DNA of 64,000 nt, from contig OZ176059.1 in assembly GCA_964247055.1 (NCBI GenBank), positions 2,914,001-2,978,000 of the forward strand, written 5' to 3'. Under the pieces are notes generated by a model. The model searched no databases. It was not told the origin of the DNA and saw only the letters and a list, made by a program, of their open reading frames with translations. The position numbers and the translations under genes are program-made. Positions 25,301-39,600 of the stretch are shown one piece after another. This DNA is from Paragordius varius (Eukaryota > Animalia > Nematomorpha). Numbering within the stretch: the first letter of the stretch is position 1; every line of letters starts with the position of its first letter.

Positions 25301-28300
25301 AAATTTGTTATGGGATTAAAATATTGATAAAGGTTTATTTTATTTATGCAGGTTAATTTTTTAAATGTATATAAAGTATAAAGACTATTTAATTTTGAGG
25401 ATGAAAATATTTACATGATAGTATAAGTTAATTCATGAATCAATACCAGATAACATGTAAAACAAACTAAGTTATATTTTTCGCTTTTTACTGCTAATGC
25501 CCAATAATTCCCTTGCTTTATAAGCTATCTGTAAAAACTCGAAAAATTAGTAATGTATACTCATGCTGTAACTGTAAACACATAAATATACAGACTATCA
25601 CAGAATATAGCCAAAGTGAACATTAAATAATCACCCATATGTGTTATTATAGTATATTAGTTTTTATTCTACACTTTTAGTGGAGCGGTAGGGCAATCGC
25701 TTTAGCAGACTTTTACTGATGCGCTTAGCATTGATCTCCGCCAACGCTTTGTCCTGTTCTAACAATTGTAATTAATTGCACTGTCGTAAACAGGATTATG
25801 GCTTAAGGTGGCCATGATTTTTGGATATGAAAATCGCGATAGTTATTTCGATTCTAACTTTTGTAGTTGTAAACCATCTCAATAAAAGCATCATGAATTT
25901 TGTTCTCAATATCGATACAATATACCTATTTGGCCGCGGCTAACTTCGGTGCTCTTCTCATTTTTGAAAAATCACACGCTTTAAAGACATCATCAGTAAA
26001 ATATTTTCGCCTCCTATTATTGTCTACCAATCGCATTCTATTAACGAGTGAGACAAACAAATAATAAGAATAAAAGTTTGCAGTCATTATTACTCGGCCT
26101 AAAGAATTTTTTGCCGTGAGGGCGGTATAAAAGATAAAATTTTTACCATTTTCATACCCTACTTGCAGCGCTACTTAAATATTGTAGCCAAGAAATCGAA
26201 GAAAGATACATGTTTATATTGTAATTAATAGACAAAATCTTCTATACGTTAGATAAAGGTTTTGTAGTGAAATGTGAACATTTAAATAATTTATGAATAA
26301 ATGTAAATGCAAATGTAGTACACCATACAAGTTATATAAGTACCAATGTTTGTACAAGTATAATGATTATTATGATTTTAAATGTTTTAAATTTATCGTC
26401 TTTACTTATTAATACTAACGCTGTTTTATGGAAAATTCCAGAATCAATTTAATAAGCTTTGGAAAATATTTGCAGCACATGAAACGTGTTTTTGTAGTTA
26501 AAGGATTGCCGATAGATGATAATAATTGTAAATTCCTGGTCTATTCCGGTATCTACGCAAATAAGCTGGATCAATATTTGTTTCACAAGCCTTTAGACGA
26601 TTGTAATTGGGCCACCATATTGGAAGCGGGAACAAAAAATTTTAATTCGAAAATAAATGTTTTCAAAGCCCGATTCGATTTTGCTAAGTTGAAAAGATCC
26701 CCGGATGAATCATTTACCAAATATTTGCTACAGGTTAAGAAAACCGCTGTTAAGTTTAACGGTAGCGTTGTCGAGGAGTTCGGGATGCATTCATAAGCGG
26801 ATTGCAACTACAGAAGCTTGAATTAAAATTCCTAAACCGTTTTCCTGACACAAGAATTGATGGTCAACCGATAAGTTTGAATACCATATTCGATATTGCC
26901 ATGAATAATCATAAAAGGGCAAAAGAATGTTTCGCTGTGAGTAAACATCACCGTCACGCAATTGTGCAAACTCTACGACAGACGAAACACCATTAACCGA
27001 TGTCTCGCGCTGGGGAAACAAGGCCTTTACTGAATGGGGACATTTTCATTAGAAATGTACAAAACTACCCGGGTAATATCGGAGTCCATAGAAGCCGCCC
27101 GGATAAACGCGAGCCTTAATGGACTCTAGAGACAAGTATGCAGTACTATACCGGATCGTCCGTATCAATCATCAATGGTGTCATTTGCAAGGTTGGTAGT
27201 CAAAAACTGAAAGCGCTGAATGTTGACGTGGTACGCTATGGTGAAAACAAGGTGCACACATTGGACTAGATGGAGCTGTGGGTTAGAGTGGAAATCGCAA
27301 AGAACTATTATAATGCGTCGCGTATGAATAATGCCTACCTTTTTTGGTGGGATTGATTAAGATGCTCAACAATACACATTGCAATCATATTAATGTTAAC
27401 ATTTAAATTAATTTGATGATCCTTTTTTGTAAAGCAAAATTAGGATGTAAGGCTCCGCATATAAGTTATTATTAAAAGAATCTTAGTGCAAAAGTGTACC
27501 CTTGCCACTGCAACCAAAAATTAAGGATGAAGGATTAATAAGTTTAGTAAAAACATGTATTTAACTAGTAGACCCAAAGAAATCGACATGGGCTACCACC
27601 CCACTGTAAATATTAGTATTAAATTGGTTAAATTACAGTAACGAGACCTATTATAGGCCATTTCGGTATTTTAAGTAACTTAAAGTGGATTTAATATACA
27701 TGTGTGTTGCCATATGATATTTTCCATTTTATTAGTTATATATTCAATTGAAAACTGTATTTTTAATCCACAATTCATTTCATACATGGCTATTGACATG
27801 TTAATTATAACCCCTTTTAGCTATTTAAAATAACGTAAAGGCCAATAATTATTTTAGTTACTTAAATGATTCAATTATTTCGCTGTTAATATACAAAATT
27901 AAAATTACCACATACATATATTAACACAAATAATCATAAAATAAACTTCCTTTGGTGGTATTTTAAACCACCATAATTTATTTCACATTTTTAATAAGTT
28001 TAAGCAAGGGATTGAAACCACAAAGGCGTTTAGTTTCGATTCCGGTTTTAAGCCATTTTTATCACTGCTATTCAGAATTTTTAAATAAACGGAGGTGAAA
28101 TAAATAGTGTTTCATTGCAATTTCCAAACAATTATTCCAGATACATACTTTTTTGGTAAGACGGTTTTTTTTGTTTCAATTATTAAAGTTATGTTCGAAT
28201 AAGTCTTGTGGTGTCTTGGTCTCACAAAATAGGTTACGGTTTCAAATGCTTGTTTAAACCATCATTTAATTATGTTTCTTAAAAATTAATGAGAAAATAG

Positions 28301-31300
28301 TCTATGAAAAATATGATTTTTATTGTAACAATTATATAACTAATACCTGATTGTCAAATTTATACGCATAATTTTCCGGCTTAAATGGTGTGTTAACGTG
28401 CTAGGTGTTGATGTTATGGTATATGGCCCAAGGGAACCTAAAAATAATATTTTGCTAATATATATATATTATAATTTTTTAAATATATTTTTAAAAAAAC
28501 TTAGATTTGGCAAATCTTCCAAAACTATGGTTGCATTGAAATGACAAGTATCTTTGAAGATAGGATAGTATTTATATGTGGCAAAATTAGAACCCTTGCT
28601 ATCTTCTTCCTGCTTGATAAAGATAGGTAAATATATATAACATTAATAGATAAACCTGGATTAAAAACATTATAAAACATACTTAGGTTAAATTCGTAAT
28701 TTACAAAATTATTATATAAAATTGAGCAATTAATACCAAACTAAATTTTGGATTCCTAGCTATTTCTTTGGGTTTTACCAAGAAGTTGGAAAGATTATTT
28801 CTAAAATCTTGTAATTCGCTGTTCAACAAGGTTATACTGGAATTACGGCCCGTTGATGAGATAAAGCGAGAAAGTGCGTACAAACCATTCATAATCTAAA
28901 TTTTATGCAGTTTTTACACATATTACAAAATATAATATCATATCAATTTTTCAAACTTTTGTTAAAATTTTATTTATACTTTTTCAGCCAAGGTATGATT
29001 GTTATCGTATGTAGTTTCGTTCGTAGCAAGTAATGCTTTATTGATAACAAACGTTAATCTCTTATACCAATCCCATGCGTTATCATAAAGATTTTGATGC
29101 ATCATTATAAGCAAACCATAACTCAAATCATCCATATCAATCGTGTCAATACTTTCTTATATTAAATGTATTGTTAAAAATATGACCAACAAGAATTCTT
29201 ATATATAATTTATCATACAATTTTGTTAAAATAAATTGATACGAAAAAAGATTATGCTTTACCTAAAATTCACCCTTGAACAAATGAGATGTGTTTTTAA
29301 ATATCGAAAAATACCGATTTTTGATTTTCAAAAAATGAAATTTTGATAAAAAGGTACATAATACCAAAAACGTAATACCATCCAAAGATACTATTAATGA
29401 GGTATAATAGAAATTTTTCAAAATGTTGAGTTTTTCGGAACGTGAGTTTAAAATGATGAGGGGTTAATTTTAGAATACAACATTTTGATAAAATAATAAA
29501 TTATAAAATATTCATACTTTGGGTATAAGACAAGCTTGCAGTGGAAAAACTTTCGTTATTTAATAGTAGGGCATATACTACGTGTAAAGTCATTGGACTA
29601 GATTCCGTATTGGATAAATTTGATTTTTTGATATATGCCAACATTTTAATATGGGCCCTATTTAATTTGTCGACCTAAACAAATTTAATAGTTGAACGAT
29701 TTAACCAATGATTCGATATAAATTAAACTATAGGTATAAAAGATATATGTTTATTTTAATAATAGCAATTACTCGATAGGTGCATTTAACGCATTCGTGT
29801 TTTGCTATTATAACTTTGGCTGTGGCATCTAAATTTGAAAATTCATTAGTCATAGGGACAGAGCCATCTGCCTTCAGCGTTAACGCCCATCTATTTATTC
29901 ATATAAGGCATATTAAAATTATTCAATACATTTCAAGAATATAAATTAAACTACGTAAACAAATTTTACGAAATTTTAAAAAAGTTACTCAAGAAATTTT
30001 TGACAAACGTTTGTTTGTGGAATTATTAGGTATTGATTGTGCATGGCTAGGCAAATGGCTCTAATCAACCATGGTTCATTCAGCGATTTAAGATGTGATT
30101 GTATCCCTAAATGTGTAAAGTTTAATCATATAATTTTAAAAATATATGATAATTAACATTATAATAAAAATAACTACAATACTACAAACCATTAACATTA
30201 ATCTCATCAAAGTTTCCCAACAAAACTTGCATATACTTTTGAATGTAGATGTATAATGCAGCAGTGATGGCGCTTTTTGGTGAATCCAAAGTCCCAACCA
30301 AAGGTTTCAATGTCTTTAGTTTGGTCAATAGTAATGCTGAAAAAATTTTATATAAAATTATTATATATGACATAAATTACAAATTCTAAAAACATACATG
30401 TATTTAATAGATTGGGATACTCTTGTCCAAAAGCGCTTCGTTTGTGGGTTCGACCTACGAATGATTAAAAACATATAAAAAATTGTATAGAAAAATAATT
30501 GATAAATATGAAAATCATCATTTGCACAAAATGAGCCGGTTTGATGAGCATATTACTTAAAAACTGTAATTACCCTCAACAAAATATGCCTTATCAAAGT
30601 AGAGCACATTAAACGGCACACCGAAACTATGTGATTTATCCATGCTTGAATGAAATGGTAAAGGAAACTCAAACAAAATGGATTACAAAAATAGAAAACG
30701 ATAAAAAAACTAATGTTATAACTGAAATGGCATACATTCAAGGTGATGTCGAAAAAATTTGGAAAAAATATGTCAATCTGACTACACCCAACAAATGGAT
30801 GATGATAATGATATCATAGTATATTAGTGTCAAGAATATAACATTTGCCATTTCGTTAATAAGAGACTGAACACCTCTCAAAATAATATTGTAGACAGAA
30901 AATATAAAACCCAAGAACCATTAGTATTAATTTAGGTGTTTTGGATATTATGCTAAATTTAAAGATTAAAACAATCAAAAAAGCTAAAAAAATTAAATTA
31001 TTCTAAAATATGAAAACAACTTTTTTATGAATTCAAAATCTCGTTTGTTTTAACTTATTAACCAATATCCAAATCTTAAAATGGGCATCTTTAAAAAATA
31101 CATATTAAGGTTTATTTTGTATATTTTTAGTTAAAATACTGAAATTTTTTTCGGTATGCATGAATGAATTTATAACAAACTAAAATACATAAACTTATCA
31201 ACAATGTTAGATTTTATATATAGCATATCAGCTGCTTCTAGGCTTGCCGCGATAATTTAGTCAAAAAATTATTTGTAAATTAAATTTTTATAGTAATATC

Positions 31301-33650
31301 GCATTCTAAGGAAGTTTAATTGACCATAATTGATTTGAAATGGGACCACACATTTCCTAAAAATTCAAATTCACTTTTTTTCACCCTTATAAGAGCACAT
31401 TGACTCTAAAAGACATTATTCCTACATACCTTTTTTTGCTTTCAAAAATATTTTTGAATAACTTTAAAAACGTTAATTTTACCAGGTGCAGAGTCCAATT
31501 AAAAAAGCGTATAAATAAATATCCTTTGTTAAATTTGACCGTTAACCCGTTTATTAAAGGATAGTTTCACGAATAAGATTTTGATAATTTGTATTTAAAT
31601 AAGCTTGTTTCATGAGGGGGTTAAACAAAGACGAATTCAAAATGCATGACTATGCTCGGTGCATTTAATAATTAAAATTTATCCATAATTTTATTTTTAA
31701 ATTTAAGCATGCTTTTGGCGGAATTGTTTGAAAATTAAGATTTTATATGGACACAATTTACATAGAATAGCGCTCCTCAGCTAATTTATTAAAAAATTTA
31801 TAGATATACATTCATGTATTCTCATACATTTTTTGGGGGATAACGGAACCACTTGTGTCTGGTTACACTTTTTTGACTGGTTAATAAAAAAACCTTCACC
31901 AAAAAATATGAAACAAGAATATTAGTATATGGAAATCGAAATAAAATAGGACATTTTAAAATGCCAGTCAAAAGGTCAAATTTAAATAAATAAACTGATG
32001 TTTTGATATGATAACGGAGAGAGAATAAAAATAAATAGTAATTGTTTAAAGTGAAAATTACATTTTATATTATAGATGATGGGTCAAGAGTGGTTTGTTA
32101 TGACTATTATTAAAGGTGTTATTAACTGTTTACGGTTATAAAAAAATTTAATTTAATAACATACCGGAGATGCTTTCGAAAACGAGATTTCTTTGTGGGG
32201 TACCATCATGGTTCTAAATCATAAATGATCAATAAATATAATTGTGGATAATCAATAAATAACATGTCACAAATATAAACTAAAATAAAGATATTCAACA
32301 ATAATATGTGTTATTTATAGAGTCAAATAAATAGGTTTTTAAAGGAAATTTTATTTTATGGAACTCTTAATGGTATAGTTGTCAAATTATTATAGGTGTT
32401 AATTGATAAGAAATTAAAGCTCCATTTAAGTTTGAAGAAAGAATATTTGGTATATATATAAATATATTTATATTATATAATGTATGAGAATCATTGCTAA
32501 CAAAATAATTAACTTAAATAATATTTTAATTATTTTTGGTATATGTGAGACAAAGTAAATCATTTAAGTATAAATTAAAAAATGTATTATAATTTTTAAC
32601 GACTTGACCCAGCTTTGAAGCTCAAACTAAACCGTTATGGCCGAACCCAATGCTAAACCGTACAGAGATACGCTATGAGGCGTTAGGAATAAACACTAAT
32701 GCTTGTTCTTCCACAATAAATTATACATTGTTCATTCTTATGATTAATTTTAATCTGAAATACGCCTTAAAACACGATATATAAACTTTAAACTTAACAA
32801 AAAAATTTATCAATAAAACCAATTATTTTAAATTTTATTTAATTAAAGGCTAGTACTTGATTATAAGGAATAAGCTATTTTTTTAGTTTATGCAGTGTTT
32901 GTTTATTGATTATTGCAAAGAAATTGAATGAAATTTATTTTTTTGGGATCGACCCCATTATATAAGGTTTTCACAATAATCTAAAAATAAAAATCACAAA
33001 AAACAGGGAAAAATAGTTATTAGCGAATCTTAAGGAGAGTGCAAGGAATATTAACTTGAAAAATATTTTCATAGCATCAATTACAAAATAGGAATATAAA
33101 GGGGTCGTAAACGGACTCCGGTTTCAAACGATTTAAAATATTTTGTGATATTTTTAATTTATATATTTTTAATACTGTAGTTAATTTATTAATAATAATA
33201 TCAATTCTGTTTTAAATAGAAAAAATTTTATTTAAATTTTTAAAAATAGCATATAGTGAATTTTGGCGATATAAATTTGCGGCTATTATTTAATATAGCA
33301 AAAATTAGGATATTTATAAAAAATCAACCGAATCAACCATTTAATCAAAAATTAAACCGAAACCACAAATAAAATTTCATAAAAAAACATGGACCGAATT
33401 TTATCCAGAACCGCTTAAAAATATTATGTGGAACTGCAACTTGTACTAGAGTAAATTTTTTTTATAATATTCAATATTTGTTAATGCATATCTCATAATA
33501 AAAGAGAATGGTAAAATATGAATATAAAAATATTTTTTTAATTTTGTATCAGTTGTACGGTTGGATTTGCCGACCATCGGCTCAATATCAAACAGAGTCA
33601 AATCTAATGACATAAACCCCAAACGACTTATCAAACCACGGTGCTCCAAA

Positions 33651-33687
<37 letters not shown>

Positions 33688-36600
33688 CAATGAATTTTAT
33701 ATAAATTACCAATTTATTTTTGTATAAAAATGTATTTAGCGAATTCGTACTATCCTAAAAATTATGTGTATAAGCATGAGTCATTTTTATTATTTGCAAA
33801 TTATACTCCACATTTACACCTTGTATAAATCACAGACGATCATAGTTATAAAAACTTCGCTGTTTATATATTAATACTTTTTTATTCCCATTTTAAATAT
33901 TCAGTCATCTGTTAATTTAAAAGTATCAAATAAAAATCATTTGAAAACAATGAAAATTTCAGCCGTTCTTTAAAATATGCGGAACATGAACCAGCAAATC
34001 CTGTTGTTAAAGTGAGTTACAAATTCCGTCAACGATTTATGGCGTTCATATCTGGAAGTTTAATTGTTTCGTTGATAAAAAAATGAAATTAATTCAAGTA
34101 AAATAGGTAAATTATTTTTAAATTATAATTCATAGTGGTCAAATTTAAAGGAGCTGTTTGTACGTTTAAAATACACATAATTAGACTAACAGATGGGCCC
34201 CGATAAATAAGAATCAAGTGTCATATAAGAGAAATAAATTCCTTAAATCTAAATGCGCCATTTTAGCCATAATAAATAAAATCTATTATTGGTGTAATAA
34301 TACTAAAAACCAACTCATAGTTGTTAAACGTGACACCCCTATCAAACTTAACAACTATTCATTATATTTTAAAAATAATTTATATTCCCGATTTGGTGGT
34401 TAAATTTTTTAATTTGGCTTATTTACTGCACATTAAAATTTTAATCTTTGTTGTTTGATTTCCACAAATTATCTAATTATTTATTTATATAGTTTAAGTC
34501 CTAAGATCTAACATAAGGATGATGCTTTATATCAGCAACCCAAATGGCTTAGTGGGCAGCATTCACGAAACATATGGGCATTAATAAATTTTATTAGAAA
34601 TACAAACATAAGATTGTAAAAAATTGTATATTTTAACAATTTGCTGGTTTATTGCCGAAATTGGAAAGACGTATTCAGAAAATTTATTAAAAGTATAATC
34701 TATTTTATTCAAATTTCGTATGAATTTCTAATTTCTAGCGGGTTGCATAAATATTTTGAAGGGCCGTGCCTTGAACACCCCAAACCTAAGGTTGGCTTGA
34801 ATTAACTAATTAAGTGATATTAAAATTTGTGTACTTGTGTAAAATTATTTGTGGTTAAATTATTGCTGAATATAACTCATATCTATAATTATATCAATGT
34901 AAAATAGCGATTGCTAACTATTTATACATTCTTAAGCAATGTTTATTGAAGAGAGAAAGAGGTATTTCATTTAAACGGTAAACAATACTGTTTTTTGGAT
35001 ATAATTAAAAACAATGTTTTATTAATGTAAGGAATGCGTCATACATACCTGTATAATGTGGTAATTTTATGCATATGTATGAATTGAAAAAAATTATTGT
35101 TGGATTTACCCAACAATTTGGACATAATTAAAAATTTCTCACATAAAAAACTCCATATTTTATCATTATCACTCGCGTTTTTACCTTGTTTATATTATAA
35201 ATATATCCACCATAAATTAAGTACAAATACTAAACATATATAGCGAGAGCACATGTTTATTATACAAAAAAATGGGATATTGCAAAAACAAAAATAAACA
35301 CACACACATACACTATTTTTTGTCTTTTGCCTGAGCGTAATTTACATTATTTTTAGTTGTTGTTTTTCGCTCCTACTTTTTTTTTCGACACAAAATCTGC
35401 ACTTAAACATCCATATTTTTTACAAATTTTATTCATAGTTTTTATATGCGAATAATGATTTTTGTCATTAGATTGTTACCGTAATACAGTTTTTTGGATA
35501 CTTTATATTTTCTACGATTCTGAAAGTATAAATAAATTGTTTATTGGTTTTAAAAAAATATATCATTCCGTCGTTATCCATACGTATATATTTTTAATCT
35601 GGAATATATGTGCATAAAACCACACATAAATTTTTAACATCACAATAATACTGATTGCAATATCTACGTTTCGTTCGTTTATCAATCACAGTTTTACAAT
35701 ATTTTTTACCAATTATACAAGTTTACATTACAATACGATATACATATATTGTAAGTGTATATAATTTTGATAGCGAATTGCGAACGAAAATCATTAAGGA
35801 TTTAAATTTGAAGTTAAAAACGCGATAACTGATTTTTCATCCTTACACTTCCTTTCCTATTACATTACATTAATTTTATGAATTCACAAAAAACAACATA
35901 GAAATTACATATATATATCAATATACATCATATAATTTTGAAGGTAAAATTATTGTTGTGTGCGTATATTATATATTATACATGGATGGATGTTTAAGCT
36001 AATAAATTATATATTTTTTTGCTTTTATATAATCACATAAATATAAATACGAATATGCATAATAATAGTTTTATAAAAATATTTTATTATAATATAAAGT
36101 TTAGTAATATAATAATAATCACCTATATATCTTATATATCAAAAGTTAAAAAACATTTTTGCATATATAATTAATTTCATATAATTTTTATGCAATATAT
36201 TTTTATTTTACACCTTATTATTTATTATTATAAAGAACCAACAAGTTTTTTGGCGAAAAAATTCTTTCTTTACCTTTTATTATGAATATTAGAGAGAGAA
36301 AATTTAAATGTTAATCAAATACATTTTTGTATGCTAAATACAGGTAAATAAATTAATTTTATTTTTATATACATATTTTTATAATTTTTCGTTTAAAATA
36401 GATTAACCTGATAGTTTTGCATATTTTACAATTTTGTGACCAATTTTAACGTTAATTGTTTGATATAAAAAGGTAAATATTTATATATTTTAATATTATA
36501 TTGAATGATAAAATTTATGATAAAAGCAATAACATATGGTGGTGCATACCAATTCAAATACGTATTTAACAGACAATTTCATTTTTATAAGTTTACGTAA

Positions 36601-39600
36601 TAATGTATTCAGTTTAATCAATTTTGTATATTTGTTGTTTTTACTTATCTATTTCTCTACCAAAGATATGAATTCATGCCAAGAGGCTATTATTAAAAGG
36701 CTATAAAACACATCAAAATAAAGTATTGGTTTTAAATTGATTGATCCTCCCTCTCTTTGGCTTATTTATTTAAATTTAAATTTTTTATTTTGTATTACAG
36801 AAAAAATATCATTGCATTTGTAAACATCCAACAAGTGAAAACATCTATGAATAGTTCAAGCTTTAAGCCCTTAAACAACGGTCATAGCAACAATAATAAT
36901 AACACAAATGGGTATAATGGTAGTAAAAACCATCGACACACTTCTACACTAACAATCCCTGTTAATATAAATAATCACGGTAATTCTATCAAACATGGTG
37001 GAGGAGCTGGTGCCAATTATAAAAATGGTAACAATACCATGAAACAACCCGTTAATGATGATGGCATTTTAGCCCATGAATTGGAACGGATGAACGTTAA
37101 AATGAATGAACTTAGAAAAAGTTTTGATGATTTAACCTCTGATGGGCAACGTACATCCAATGGTAGAAACAATGACCGCGATGGCATCATTGGTGTCAAA
37201 ATTCAAACGAAACAGCCACCTACACAATCCAACGCTACATCCACGACAGCAGAACGTTATTACCCATCTGCACGGAACAGTTCAACAGTGAATGGGAAAA
37301 GCAATAATGGTGGTTGGAGCAATGGCAACAAATACTTTTCAGACAATGAACGTGTCATTGGTGACGTTGGAAACGGCGGCAAGCATACAACAGCATCATC
37401 GTTTGCTACAATGCCTAGGCTCAAACAATCCACCACCAACACCTACAATGGTTTAACGGGCGCTCAAAATAATGACTTTGGAAACGAATTTGATAGAGAA
37501 ATACAAGATTTTAGACGGAATTTCGAGGATTTTGGTAGGAAAAGTACAACGGCTTATTCATCAGCCTCTCATACGGATGATCGGCACTCAATTAAAGTTA
37601 TTCATAATACAGATGTTGGTAAGAGTGGGAGAAATCGGAGTAATAGGGATATCCTGTTTGGTACTCCGGATTCGGGGTTGGGGAGTTCATCCGCCGCTAA
37701 TACAACACTGGGTATGGGTACAAACATTTTTGATGGAGAATTAACTGGTTCCTCCAACAAATCGTTGTATCAAGTTACATTGGATATGAAAGAGTTTTTA
37801 CCGCAAGACATCAAGGTAAAAATTGTGGATAACAAGCTTTTGCGTGTCGAAGCCCGCATGGATGCTCGTACAGATACTGGTGGTACGGTGCAAAAAGAAT
37901 TTAATCGCGAATTTACACTTCCATCCAATGTTAACACAGATGCCCTTGTTAGTCGTATTGATAATTATGGTGTAATGACTCTCGAAGCGCCTTATCTAGT
38001 CTCTGGAACGAATGATACGGTTGAAAGGAGCAGTTTTGGACGGGGAGATGGGATGACTGATCATAATATTTCCCATAACAAGAGTCATAATCACGATTTC
38101 TCACCAAACAACAAGTACAGTAATTCTACATCTCGATCCTATTCAACAACCAAGAATGAATTCACCAAACCATCGTTTAATTTCAACAAACCAAATAAAT
38201 CATTTTTTGATGATGCATATAATAACAGTTATCATTACAACCCGCCTTCAACGTTCAATAACTGGGCAAGTGGTGGCCCAGCATCTACTATGCCACGGAG
38301 GAAGTATTCCTTAACCAACAATGGGTATGGGGGATTTGGTCACCGGAAAATGCCATCTTTTTTGGATGATTTCCCGCATACGCCACCCCTATGGGATGAT
38401 TTTAATAATCATCGCACAGATAATAAATTTGTACCATCCGCAGGCATGATCGGTACCACGGCCTCAGCTGCCTTGGGTCTTCCCAAATCATCAGGGGATG
38501 TTCCTTTCCGGCTCAAGTTAGATTTGAATGGATACGATCCTGATGACATTAAGGTCAATGTGTGTGACAACTCATTACTCCGGGTTCAGGCTAGGCATGA
38601 AGCTAAGGGCGTCAATGGCACGGTGTCCAGAGAATTCAATCGAGAATACACGTTACCGGCTCACGTGGATCCTGACACCATACATTCATCCTTTTCCCGG
38701 GATGGGATTCTTACGATCGAAAGTGTTGCCACAGGCCCAGCTGCTCAAGAACGCAGTTACATCCCCGTCAAACACAACAACACATACAAAGGTGACTCAT
38801 TACAAAACGATTACACCTCAAACAAAAAAGTGTTTTCCTCTGATACACACCACTTTAAGGATAACAACAGTAATAATAATAATGATGCTCATCATATTAC
38901 TTCCTCTTCGCTAGATAACAGTGGTATAACTCGTGGTACAAAAGAAACTCCGTTTCGACTCACATTCGATATGAAGGATTATATGCCAGAGGATATCAAG
39001 GTTAAAGTGCTGGGTTCAAAGTTACGGGTTGAGGCTAAACACGTGGAAGAAAGTTTGGAACGTGGATCCATAATTCGTGAATTTAGTCGTGAGTATGTGA
39101 TCCCAACCAACGTTGAAGCCGAGAGTTTACGTTCATCCCTATCGAATGAGGGCGTTCTTACAGTAGAATCCGTGTTATAACATGTTAAAGTTTATAAATT
39201 ATTTACAATTTTTTTATTTATCATTTTTAGTATGTATCCTTTAACTTTATCCTATGCAATTTATGTTGGAAAAAGCCAAATATATCGTTTACATACATTT
39301 ACAAATGATTTCAACTCGGTCATTTTGGATCCACCCATGCATAATTATATTTATACCACCATCCGCCCATTTTTCGTACACCGGTTTTTAAATTATTATA
39401 TATCACATTTTTTTTGTTATTCCTTTTTAGCATATTTTCCATTCAACATTTTTTTTCCTTCTTTTTTAGGATATTCATTGTAGTATATGTAAATGATATT
39501 CTAGTTAACTTATGATGACTTTTTAAAGATAATTTTATTCAAAAATATTTTTACGCTTTTCGTTTGACCCCATTGTTGATTTTGTTTTTTCGTGCTGAAT

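Noticed and set aside
34270-34350. Minus-strand GVTFNNYELVFSIITPIIDFIYY as the thioester-equivalent exon
   Set aside because: The spacing resembles C3 EQNMIGMTP, but every splicing option I tried hits an in-frame stop. Left unresolved.
35000-36800. Heat-shock elements upstream of the sHSP gene
   Set aside because: No array of three alternating nGAAn units was found by eye.
36757-36846. ORF-track N-terminus of the sHSP (807 aa from TTG)
   Set aside because: It runs through a T-rich tract ending in a splice acceptor at 36800. The ATG at 36847 is the plausible start.
37017-38914. Overlapping alternative-frame and antisense ORFs within the sHSP gene
   Set aside because: These are expected by-products of a long, GC-richer CDS and have no independent motifs.
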